A stretch of 10,550 nucleotides of DNA from Promethearchaeota archaeon (GCA_027031765.1 JALVPN010000170.1:1-10550), one strand, 5' to 3'; positions 1 through 7,257 are shown, numbered from the stretch's first letter. The notes: generated by a model not told the origin, from the sequence alone. Translations and numbers: made by a program.

Positions 1-1
1 G

Positions 2-958
2 GTGAAGCGCGTCATCGATATCATTGCGGACGACGCCCACGTACCGAGCCTCTCCTTCACCGGTGGCGAGCCCACACTGCGGGACGACCTCCCCGAACTC
101 ATCCGCCACGCACGCACAAAGGGCCTCAGGGTCAACCTGATCACGAACGGGCGCAGGTGCGCAGACCGGGACTATGTCGACGTGCTGGTGGGTGCCGGGC
201 TCCACAGTGCACAGGTGTCAATCGAGGCTGCAGATGCAGAGACCCACGACAGGATAGTCGGTGTCAAGGGGGCCTTTGAGCAGACGGTCAGGGGCATAAA
301 GAACCTGCGCGAGACCGACATCTACACACACTGCAACACGACAATCTGTCGTCTGAACGTGGACAGACTCGAAGACCTTGTGGACTTCCACGTTGACGAG
401 CTCGGCCTCTCGTATTTCTCCATGAACATGGTGATATACACCGGTACTGCTGCGAAGCTCCGCGACATGCTCCAAGTGACCTACAGTGAGATTGGCGACA
501 TTGTCCGCCAGGTGAAGAGGCATGCCAACAGGCGCGGCATCCAGTTCGTATGGTACGCCCCCACACCGCTCTGTCTCTTCAACCCAATTGCGCATGGCCT
601 CGGTGCCAAGCAGTGCGCAGCATGCGACGGACTCCTGTCGGTGGATGCGGAGGGTGGCCTGCTACCATGCTCCTCCTTTGCGGAACCCGTGGGGAACCTC
701 CTGAATGATGGCTTTGAGAAGGTGTGGTACAGCAGGGCCGCAAGGTTCTGGCGTGCAAAAGAGTATGCACCGGACGGGTGCCGCAGGTGTGACCTCTTCA
801 AGTACTGCTACGCTGCGTGTCCACTGTACTGGGATGTGCACGGCTTCGATGAGATAGCCGGGCACTGGACGGGACAGGGCCGCCTCAGACGCAGAGTGGA
901 AGGGGTGCGGCTCGCGCTGCGCAGGAGGACAAAGGGCAGCCAGCACGGGATCACGTGA
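2..958 (+). CDS. Radical SAM protein with C-terminal SPASM domain (PqqE/AhbC-D-like superfamily), 5' end outside window
   Basis: The frame is open from the window edge. It has the FTGGEP (GGE) motif, ITNG and QVSIE. The SPASM cysteine pattern is CAAC...LLPC..GNL...CRRCx5Cx3CP. The CxxxCxxC motif is not visible and should lie upstream of the window. Confidence 0.92.
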   Translation: MKRVIDIIADDAHVPSLSFTGGEPTLRDDLPELIRHARTKGLRVNLITNGRRCADRDYVDVLVGAGLHSAQVSIEAADAETHDRIVGVKGAFEQTVRGIKNLRETDIYTHCNTTICRLNVDRLEDLVDFHVDELGLSYFSMNMVIYTGTAAKLRDMLQVTYSEIGDIVRQVKRHANRRGIQFVWYAPTPLCLFNPIAHGLGAKQCAACDGLLSVDAEGGLLPCSSFAEPVGNLLNDGFEKVWYSRAARFWRAKEYAPDGCRRCDLFKYCYAACPLYWDVHGFDEIAGHWTGQGRLRRRVEGVRLALRRRTKGSQHGIT

Positions 959-975
959 CACCGCACACCCCGGGA

Positions 976-1022
976 CACTGGGTGCCGGACGCTGGGCCGG
1001 GCTGGACTGTCAGTCCCCAGTG
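976..1022. other. Nested inverted repeats in the intergenic region (CACTGGG 976-982 / CCCAGTG 1016-1022; palindrome GGACTG-T-CAGTCC 1004-1016)
   Basis: Complementarity read directly from the sequence. Function unknown (RNA stem-loop or operator). Confidence 0.4.
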
Positions 1023-1065
1023 GTAGGATAACATGGCCTAGTACAGACTGCGAGTACGGACAGCC

Positions 1066-1071
1066 TATTAT
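1066..1071 (+). promoter_or_regulatory. Putative TATA-like box (TATTAT) for the PLP enzyme gene
   Basis: AT-rich hexamer 25-30 nt upstream of ATG 1096 in a GC-rich background. GAGGTGG just downstream could alternatively act as an RBS. Confidence 0.35.
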
Positions 1072-1095
1072 GGGAAGAGGTGGTCGGTCAATGGC

Positions 1096-2238
1096 ATGCG
1101 TATCGACGACCTGGTCACACCTGCACTGCTCGTAGACAGGGGACGGCTTGAAGAGAACATCCGGTGGATGGCAGCCAAGGCCCGTCGGTGTGGTGTTTCA
1201 CTGAGACCACACGCGAAGACACACAAGTCACCAGACATTGCACGCATCCAGATAGGGGCAGGGGCGGTGGGACTGACGGTCTCCACTGTTGCGGAGGCCC
1301 GTGTGTTCAGCACTGTCACTGATGACCTCACACTGGCGGTACCACTCGCACCCGACAAGATCCCTGCTGTACGCGAGCTCCATGGTACTTCACAGCTGAG
1401 GGTCCTGGTGGACCACCCTGCAACCGTTGGCCTCCTTGAGCGGGTGTTCGACGACCCGGACAGCCCGCTAGGCGTGCTGCTGAAGATTGACTGTGGTTAC
1501 CACAGGTGCGGGCTTGCGCCCAGGAGCAATGGGGCAATCGGACTGGCAAGTAGGCTCCACAGTGCCAGGGGGCTGAGGTTCGAGGGCGTCCTGACACATG
1601 GTGGGCATGCGTATGCTGCCAGGGACATGGGCGAGGTGCTCAACGCGGCACATCAGGAACAGGAGAGCGTGCACGAGTTCATCATGGAGCTGGAACGGCG
1701 TCACCCCGAAGTCCCGGTCAACACTGTGAGCATAGGCTCCACACCGACAATGACACTCGCAGAGAGCATTGGAGACTGGGTCACCGAGATCCGGCCGGGC
1801 AACTATGTCTTCTACGACTACACGCAGGTAGGGCTTGGGGTGTGCTCGCTGTCACAGGTGGCCATGAGCGTCGTTGCGTCGGTGATTGGCGTCTATGATG
1901 GGCGCGTCGTAGTGGACGCTGGCGCGACAGCGCTGTCACTCGACCCCGGGCCGCGGCATGTGTTGCCGGACTGTGGGTACGGCGTTGTCGTGACCGACTG
2001 GGAGGAGGGCACCGTGGCGCCGGACACGAGAGTGGTGGCGCTGTCCCAGGAGCACGGGAAGATTGCAGTGGGCCCGGACTCGCCTCTGCGTTCAGCCAGG
2101 CCGGGTGACAGGGTCAGGATAGTACCGAACCACTCGTGTCTGGTCGCCAACCTCTTCGACCAGTACAGTGTTGTGAGTGGGGATGAGGTAGTAGGCATGT
2201 GGAGGGTCTACCGGGGGCACATGGTACGACCGCATTGA
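1096..2238 (+). CDS. Fold-type III PLP-dependent enzyme, D-serine dehydratase (DSD1) / D-threonine aldolase family
   Basis: N-terminal TPALLVD, LRPHAKTHK (Schiff-base Lys), KIDCGYHRCG, SIGSTPT, EIRPGNYVFYD, VDAGATALS, LSQEHG, and C-terminal PNHSC (His/Cys metal ligands). 380 aa, typical length. Confidence 0.92.
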   Translation: MRIDDLVTPALLVDRGRLEENIRWMAAKARRCGVSLRPHAKTHKSPDIARIQIGAGAVGLTVSTVAEARVFSTVTDDLTLAVPLAPDKIPAVRELHGTSQLRVLVDHPATVGLLERVFDDPDSPLGVLLKIDCGYHRCGLAPRSNGAIGLASRLHSARGLRFEGVLTHGGHAYAARDMGEVLNAAHQEQESVHEFIMELERRHPEVPVNTVSIGSTPTMTLAESIGDWVTEIRPGNYVFYDYTQVGLGVCSLSQVAMSVVASVIGVYDGRVVVDAGATALSLDPGPRHVLPDCGYGVVVTDWEEGTVAPDTRVVALSQEHGKIAVGPDSPLRSARPGDRVRIVPNHSCLVANLFDQYSVVSGDEVVGMWRVYRGHMVRPH

Positions 2239-2252
2239 GTTGGCTGTGGTGC

Positions 2253-2960
2253 TCAGAGGCGGTCCGTTATCAGGTGCCCACAGTAAGGACAGGTCTCCTC
2301 CTCACCGGGCAGCACCGGTGCTTCGAGCTTGCCACCGCAGTTCGGACACTCAGTGACCGCCTTTGGCAGCTGGGCCACAGCCTCCTGTGTATACACCACC
2401 TTTGAGTTCTCATCGATGACCCCTCTGAACCGTCCCTCCCGGGACAGCTCCTTCAACGTGTCCACAATCTCCTCTTCGGTGGCCTCAGTGACATCGTGTA
2501 TCTGTTTGAAGGTCATCCGTCGCTGGGCATACAGTAGATGGAGCAGCGCCTCTTCCAGAGAAACAGCGCGTGGGCTCACGAGCTCGTAGGCACGCCTGTC
2601 AAGATAGACGAGGGGAATGCGACGTGTCGATAGTTGCTCCGCCGCATCTGCAACGACCGTAGACGGTACGCCGAGCTCCCTTGCAGCAGCATCAACGCTA
2701 ATCCGGCCCTCGGCCTGCACGAGACGGATGAGGTCACCGGACACATCGCGGACCCGTGCCTTTCGTTTCCCGTGGTTGAAGAGCCAGACACCAATTGCAA
2801 AGCCTGGGAGCCCCAATATCATCCATGCAATGACGGCGTACATAGGTACCTGGGATGGGTCGCTCACGACCTCGACCGATGCGGAGTAGGTCATGACACC
2901 GATGAGAAGCGACGATACCACCAACATGGCGCCGACGACCTGTATGAGACGCGGTTCCAT
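2253..2960 (-). CDS. Membrane protein: two N-terminal TM helices, tandem winged-helix (PCI-like) domains and a C-terminal double zinc ribbon
   Basis: Two hydrophobic stretches at about aa 6-27 and 40-61. wHTH-like segments GRISVDAAARELGV and RRMTFKQI...EIVDTLKELSREGRFRGVIDENSKVVY (PCI-type G-x-x-x-G-x-I-D wing). CPNCGG...CPYCG at the C-terminus. Confidence 0.8.
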   Translation of the reverse strand: MEPRLIQVVGAMLVVSSLLIGVMTYSASVEVVSDPSQVPMYAVIAWMILGLPGFAIGVWLFNHGKRKARVRDVSGDLIRLVQAEGRISVDAAARELGVPSTVVADAAEQLSTRRIPLVYLDRRAYELVSPRAVSLEEALLHLLYAQRRMTFKQIHDVTEATEEEIVDTLKELSREGRFRGVIDENSKVVYTQEAVAQLPKAVTECPNCGGKLEAPVLPGEEETCPYCGHLITDRL

Positions 2961-2993
2961 CTAGAACCCCTAGGCAGTGGCGGACAACGAAAT

Positions 2994-2999
2994 CATATA
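2994..2999 (-). promoter_or_regulatory. Putative TATA box (TATATG on minus strand) for 2253..2960
   Basis: AT-rich hexamer 34-39 nt upstream of ATG 2960. Confidence 0.4.
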
Positions 3000-3115
3000 G
3001 GGGTTGTGGACCACAAGAGGGCCTGCCGGTACAGACACGGCACTGCGCATTGGCATCAGGGGTCAGTGATGACGGCCCAGAGAGTGCCGGGACAGCTGGG
3101 TCCGCGCCCGAATGA

Positions 3116-3123
3116 TTTAATAT
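3116..3123 (+). promoter_or_regulatory. Putative TATA box (TTTAATAT) for 3162..3596
   Basis: Close to the archaeal TTTAWA consensus, about 40 nt upstream of GTG 3162. Preceded by an A-containing BRE-like stretch (CGAATGA). Confidence 0.55.
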
Positions 3124-3161
3124 GCTAGAAGGACACTGGCCTACCTGTCACCCAAAAGGAT

Positions 3162-3596
3162 GTGGAAACTACCGTGACGATAGACAGAGAAGGGGCCACC
3201 TCGGCAGTCATCCTACATTTTACTGAAGGGCAACCAGTCACGTTCCCACCGAGTTTCGCAGCGGATATTGGGGAGAATGCTGCCCTTATGGTGCTACACC
3301 ACAAGGACAGAGTTGTAAAGCTGTTCCCGGTGTCGAGCGAGAACATCTACCTGTTGCGCATAGAGATCAGTGACCTATCACGCAACTTCCTGAAGCAGCT
3401 CAACTTCGCCTTCAACGACGCAAGGCTCTCAGACATCATCTTTACGACTGGGGTCTGCTTGCGGGGCGAGCGCTGCTACTACGAGTGCTATTTTGTGCCG
3501 GACCAGCTTGTAGTGTCCCTCAGAGAACTAGAGGACAGGCTCCAGAAGATAGAGGGCGTTTCAAGAGTAGTACTCCGCAAGGTCGAGCCTGAGTGA
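3162..3596 (+). CDS. Hypothetical protein; probable N-terminal AbrB-like swapped hairpin plus C-terminal ACT-like domain
   Basis: Clean 144-aa ORF with a GTG start and an upstream TATA-like box. VTFPPSFAADIG...VVKLFPV resembles the AbrB pattern (ITIP..R..LG...I.L.P). The C-terminal ~80 aa fit an ACT beta-alpha-beta-beta-alpha-beta pattern ending LQKIEGVSRV. Domain calls are by eye. Confidence 0.7.
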   Translation: METTVTIDREGATSAVILHFTEGQPVTFPPSFAADIGENAALMVLHHKDRVVKLFPVSSENIYLLRIEISDLSRNFLKQLNFAFNDARLSDIIFTTGVCLRGERCYYECYFVPDQLVVSLRELEDRLQKIEGVSRVVLRKVEPE

Positions 3597-3891
3597 GTAG
3601 TACAGGCCCAGATGTCCGGGTGAGGGACTACTGGTACCAAGAAGACCACCAACAATGGAGAATTACACTATCGTCCGGGGTGGGGGCCGTCCCACCCGCA
3701 GCTGGTGCGAGCACGGGCCAAGGACAGTACCACCATACAGTACGTTGTTAATGTGGGATGTGACTGCAGGACAGTACTACACTGTGAGGTGAGCTGACGG
3801 CCTGCCCGCAGGTGCTGGGTGCGGTACGGGTCACGGTGTGGACCACCCGTAGAGGGCAGACTAGGAGTTGAGGGCTGCGCAGGACAGGCCA

Positions 3892-4274
3892 CTACTCGTC
3901 CCGTGCAGTGGTCGGCTCCTCCACGTAGCGCCAGAGAAAGAAGGCCCCCAATGGACCGAGGAGGGCCGCGTACGAGAACGGGATTGCATGACAATGGATG
4001 TCGAAGGGGTCAAGATGGAACACTACGAGCTACAGGACACTGTGCAGCACACCACCAGCAAGTGGTGCGACCGTGATCCCAGCACTATAGAACGCCTGGA
4101 GGGTACCGGACAGGCGCCCCTGAGCGGCCACGGCACGATGTCGGCCTGCATAGCACGCATCGCCGGGTCTGAGACCACCATAGGGGCACTCGGTCCAGTC
4201 CACGCTGTTGAAGACCCTGCGATTCCCGAGGCCATTGGCATTGCAGCGAGGCTTGTACGGGCCCCGGAAACGGT
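3892..4274 (-). pseudogene. C-terminal remnant (about TM10-TM12) of an MFS transporter with a frameshift and an in-frame stop
   Basis: Joining two minus-strand frames at the C4 run 4117-4120 gives ...VSDPAMRAMQADIVPWPLRG/RLSGTLQAFYSAGITVAPLAGGVLHSVL*LVVFHLDPFDIHCHAIPFSYAALLGPLGAFFLWRYVEEPTTARDE*. This has the MFS loop motif D-x-x-P-x-x-x-R-G-R-x-x-G and a typical final helix ending in VEEP. TAG at 4030-4032. The N-terminal ~300 aa are absent. Confidence 0.75.
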
Positions 4275-4290
4275 CTAGAGGACCGAGATA

Positions 4291-4302
4291 GAAGGGTTTA
4301 TC
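4291..4302 (+). promoter_or_regulatory. Putative BRE/TATA (GAAGGG-TTTATC) for the XPB gene
   Basis: Purine-rich BRE-like hexamer directly followed by TTTATC, implying a TSS near 4325. Confidence 0.5.
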
Positions 4303-4386
4303 ACTGGAGTAGTCGGCCGACTGATGATTCCTGCCGTCCAAAAGTGGCACAAGGAGATTGTACATCCAAGACCGAGGGAGCCAGAC

Positions 4387-6093
4387 ATGCCAGACCCGAG
4401 AAACCCCCTGATAGTGCAGTCTGACAAGTCCGTACTGCTTGAGGTGGACAACCCCCTCTATGAGGACGCACGCGACGAGCTTGCGAGGTTTGCGGAGCTG
4501 GTCAAGAGCCCGGAATACGTGCACACATACCGTATCACGCCCCTCAGTCTGTGGAACGCTGCCGCCATGGGCATGACCCCGAAAGAAGTGGTCGCCACCC
4601 TTGAGAAGTATGCGAAGTACCCGGTACCAGCCAATATCACCCGCGAGATTATGGAGTACATGAGCAGGTACGGCCAGCTGTCACTCTACAAGGAGGACGG
4701 TGACCTTGTGCTGATGTGTGAGGACGCCGACCTGGCAGAAGAGGTGTGGCAGAACAAGAGGGTGAGGGAGTACCTGCTGGAGCGGCTCGACGAGACCACC
4801 TTCTTGGTCGACCCTGCACAGAGGGGCTTCCTGAAACACGCCCTCATCGAGATTGGCCACCCTGTGGAGGACGTGGCAGGGTACGTGGATGGGGAGGCGC
4901 TCCACTTCGAGCTCCGGACGACAACCCTTGAGGGGAAACCCTTCAGGCTCAGGAAGTACCAGCAGGAGGCTGTGGACACGTTCTATGCGGGTGGCGGGCC
5001 CCAAGGTGGCTCCGGCGTGGTGGTACTGCCCTGCGGTGCGGGAAAGACCATGGTCGGCATTGGCATCATGCACAGGCTCCAGACATCCACAGTGATACTC
5101 TGTCCAAATGTGGTCGCAGTGCGACAGTGGGTCCACGAACTGCTGGACAAGACGACCCTGACCCCTGAACAGATAGGCGAGTACACCGGGGACGCAAAGG
5201 ACATCCGGCCTGTGACGGTGGCTACGTACCAGATCCTCACATGGCGGAGGTCACGGGAAGAGGACTTTGAACACTTCCAGCTGTTCACAGCACGACGGTG
5301 GGGACTGATAATATACGACGAAGTGCACCTCCTACCTGCGCCGGTGTTCCGGGTCACCGCCTCAATCCAGGCCACCCGGCGGCTGGGCCTGACCGCCACG
5401 CTGGTCAGGGAGGACGGGCGGGAGGAAGATGTGTTCAGCCTGATTGGGCCCAAGAGGTACGACGTGCCCTGGAAACAACTGGAAGACCAGGGCTGGATTG
5501 CAACGGCCGTGTGTTACGAGATCCGCGTGGACCTGCCGGACAACATGCGCCGCAAGTACGCCCTCGCAGAGGACAGGAAGAAGTACAGGCTGGCCGCTGA
5601 GAACCCGGTCAAGCTCGACATCATCAGGCAACTGCTGGACCATCACAGCGAGGACAACGTGCTCGTGATAGGGATGTACCTCGACCAGCTCAAGACCATA
5701 GCCGAGGAGATTGGCGCGCCGCTAATCACCGGGAAGACCAGCAACGCCGAACGGGAACGTCTCTACGACGCGTTCAGGAAGGGCGACGTCAAGGTGCTCG
5801 TGGTGTCGAAGGTAGCGAACTTTGCACTCGACCTGCCAGACGCGAACGTCGCCATCCAGGTCTCAGGGACCTTTGGGTCGCGACAGGAGGAGGCCCAGCG
5901 GCTCGGTCGACTCCTGAGACCGAAAGCAGACGGCAGCTTTGCAAGGTTCTACTCAATAGTGACCCGTGACACCCGCGACATGGACTTTGCAGCAAAGAGG
6001 CAACTCTTCCTCACCGAGCAGGGCTACCAGTACGTCATCGCCTCAGCAGAAGAGAGGGTCTGGGAGCAGGACCCGGCAAGCTTCTTCGTATGA
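4387..6093 (+). CDS. xpb: XPB/Rad25/Ssl2-family SF2 DNA helicase, long form with N-terminal domain
   Basis: N-terminus PLIVQSDKSVLLEV and KSPEYVHTYRITPLSLWNA match the bacterial/eukaryotic XPB N-terminal domain. Q motif LRKYQ, Walker A LPCGAGKT, DEVH, GLTATLVRED (RED motif), QEEAQRLGRLLR. Start 4387 chosen from homolog-like N-terminus and GGGAG upstream; ATG 4324 is an in-frame alternative. Confidence 0.95.
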   Translation: MPDPRNPLIVQSDKSVLLEVDNPLYEDARDELARFAELVKSPEYVHTYRITPLSLWNAAAMGMTPKEVVATLEKYAKYPVPANITREIMEYMSRYGQLSLYKEDGDLVLMCEDADLAEEVWQNKRVREYLLERLDETTFLVDPAQRGFLKHALIEIGHPVEDVAGYVDGEALHFELRTTTLEGKPFRLRKYQQEAVDTFYAGGGPQGGSGVVVLPCGAGKTMVGIGIMHRLQTSTVILCPNVVAVRQWVHELLDKTTLTPEQIGEYTGDAKDIRPVTVATYQILTWRRSREEDFEHFQLFTARRWGLIIYDEVHLLPAPVFRVTASIQATRRLGLTATLVREDGREEDVFSLIGPKRYDVPWKQLEDQGWIATAVCYEIRVDLPDNMRRKYALAEDRKKYRLAAENPVKLDIIRQLLDHHSEDNVLVIGMYLDQLKTIAEEIGAPLITGKTSNAERERLYDAFRKGDVKVLVVSKVANFALDLPDANVAIQVSGTFGSRQEEAQRLGRLLRPKADGSFARFYSIVTRDTRDMDFAAKRQLFLTEQGYQYVIASAEERVWEQDPASFFV

Positions 6094-6250
6094 GCAGCGC
6101 TATGGACACCCACTGTTGACCGGCCCCACGAGCCCACCAGTCACGGTACTCGTGGTGTGGGAGTGAACGCCCCGGACACGGGTCAGAGCAGTGCCCAGAC
6201 ACGCACAAGGGGGAGTCGGACGGTGTGCTTGGACCGCGACACGACCCACA

Positions 6251-7228
6251 CTATAGAGAGGAGAGGACATCCCTGAACTGTGACATCTTGTCACGCACGT
6301 ACTGCTCCATGGCCGACACAAGGGCGCTGGACGAGAACTGGGGCATCACGGCCCCCACATGTATGAGCAGTAGCCGCTCGACCGTCCATGCGACCGCTGC
6401 GACGAGTGCAACAGCCGACAACGGCACTAGAGACTCGTCCTCGACAGCCCTCCTGAGTGGTGCTGGCAGGCGGTCGGGTGGCGGGGGGTCAGGGCTCTGG
6501 AGTACGAGGTACACGGTGTCGAGGAGGGGCTCACCGAGGGCACAGTACTCGAGGTCTAGGAGTACAGCCCGTCGACCCGTGAACACAATGTTGCTCTCCT
6601 GCAGGTCACCGTGCATGAGGCGTCCGGACCACGGACAGCACGAGTTGACCGATGGGACGAGGGCCCTGCACTCGTCGAGGAACTGGGGGATCATCTCAAG
6701 GACGTGGGACGGGGCACCTGGCACATACTGCACAAGCCGTTCCAACAGACAGGTCCTGTCACGGACGAAGTCAGAAGGGCGGGGATAGACATTCACTCCT
6801 GCTGGCGACTGGGCCGAGAACGTGGCAAGGGCTGTTTCCAGGCACTCCATATCACTGTGGCTGATTGAGGCAACACTGCTGCGGGTCTCACCAGGCACGT
6901 ACTCGAAGAGGGTAAATGGGGTCTGGTGGTCGTTGTCGAGGACGCCGTGTACGACGGGACGCGGACAGAGACCCAGTCCAGCGAGGTGGGACGAGACCCT
7001 GACCACATACTCGTAGGGGTGCTCGACCAGACCAGCGGTGAGCACTGGGAGCTTGAGGACGAGGCGCTGGTCGCCGCACCACGCCGGGATGTTCAGGTTC
7101 GACCACCCGCCCATGGAGTAGGGCTCGATGACCAGCGGCTGTCCGCAGTCGGGCCACGCGTCTGTGACCATCTTGGCAAGGGTGTCGACCGACATCCCAT
7201 GGACCGTGTCTAGTGCTAGGCGGGGCAT
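6251..7228 (-). CDS. Aminoglycoside phosphotransferase / choline kinase-fold protein kinase-like enzyme
   Basis: GGWSN glycine loop, LVLKL catalytic Lys, FEYVPG hinge, Brenner motif HGDLQESNI, and LLDLEY Mg-binding motif. Start uncertain (GTG 7258, ATG 7228 or ATG 7195). ATG 7228 is preferred because GTG 7258 abuts the TATA-like core. Confidence 0.88.
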   Translation of the reverse strand: MPRLALDTVHGMSVDTLAKMVTDAWPDCGQPLVIEPYSMGGWSNLNIPAWCGDQRLVLKLPVLTAGLVEHPYEYVVRVSSHLAGLGLCPRPVVHGVLDNDHQTPFTLFEYVPGETRSSVASISHSDMECLETALATFSAQSPAGVNVYPRPSDFVRDRTCLLERLVQYVPGAPSHVLEMIPQFLDECRALVPSVNSCCPWSGRLMHGDLQESNIVFTGRRAVLLDLEYCALGEPLLDTVYLVLQSPDPPPPDRLPAPLRRAVEDESLVPLSAVALVAAVAWTVERLLLIHVGAVMPQFSSSALVSAMEQYVRDKMSQFRDVLSSL

Positions 7229-7257
7229 CTCAGGCACAGACGTACTCAGTAGTACCA

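Noticed and set aside
956-1135. Selenocysteine readthrough of the radical SAM TGA stop
   Set aside because: The domain is complete before the stop, the downstream frame has no recognisable similarity, and I see no SECIS-like element.
3655-3792. 45-aa ORF (MENYTIVRGG...YYTVR) as a precursor peptide for the SPASM enzyme
   Set aside because: It lies about 2.7 kb from the enzyme, has no clear RBS or TATA, and has no leader/core or Cys-repeat pattern.
3794-3859. Hammerhead ribozyme (CTGACGG next to a three-stem junction)
   Set aside because: The CUGANGA core is mismatched and there is no GAAA motif.
4030-4032. In-frame TAG as a pyrrolysine codon
   Set aside because: The host gene is also frameshifted and N-terminally truncated, so a nonsense mutation is simpler. 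No pyl genes are in the window.
3868-4278. 136-aa plus-strand ORF
   Set aside because: No recognisable motif, and it is antisense to the MFS remnant, which explains the sequence better.
4030-4524. 164-aa minus-strand ORF as a standalone gene
   Set aside because: Its 5' part is antisense to XPB. Only its last ~30 codons look real, and they belong to the frameshifted MFS remnant.
6126-6155. 7-bp hairpin (CCACGAG/CTCGTGG) between convergent XPB and kinase genes as a terminator
   Set aside because: It has a large 16-nt loop and no T-tract, and such stems are common by chance at this GC content.
6225-6788. 187-aa plus-strand ORF, and similar long alternative-frame ORFs (218..595, 1893..2198, 2634..3128, 4681..5136, 4983..5453, 8295..8669, 9097..9510)
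   Set aside because: They overlap well-supported genes on the opposite strand or in another frame, are Ser/Arg/Pro/Thr-rich shadows typical of high-GC DNA, and have no motifs.
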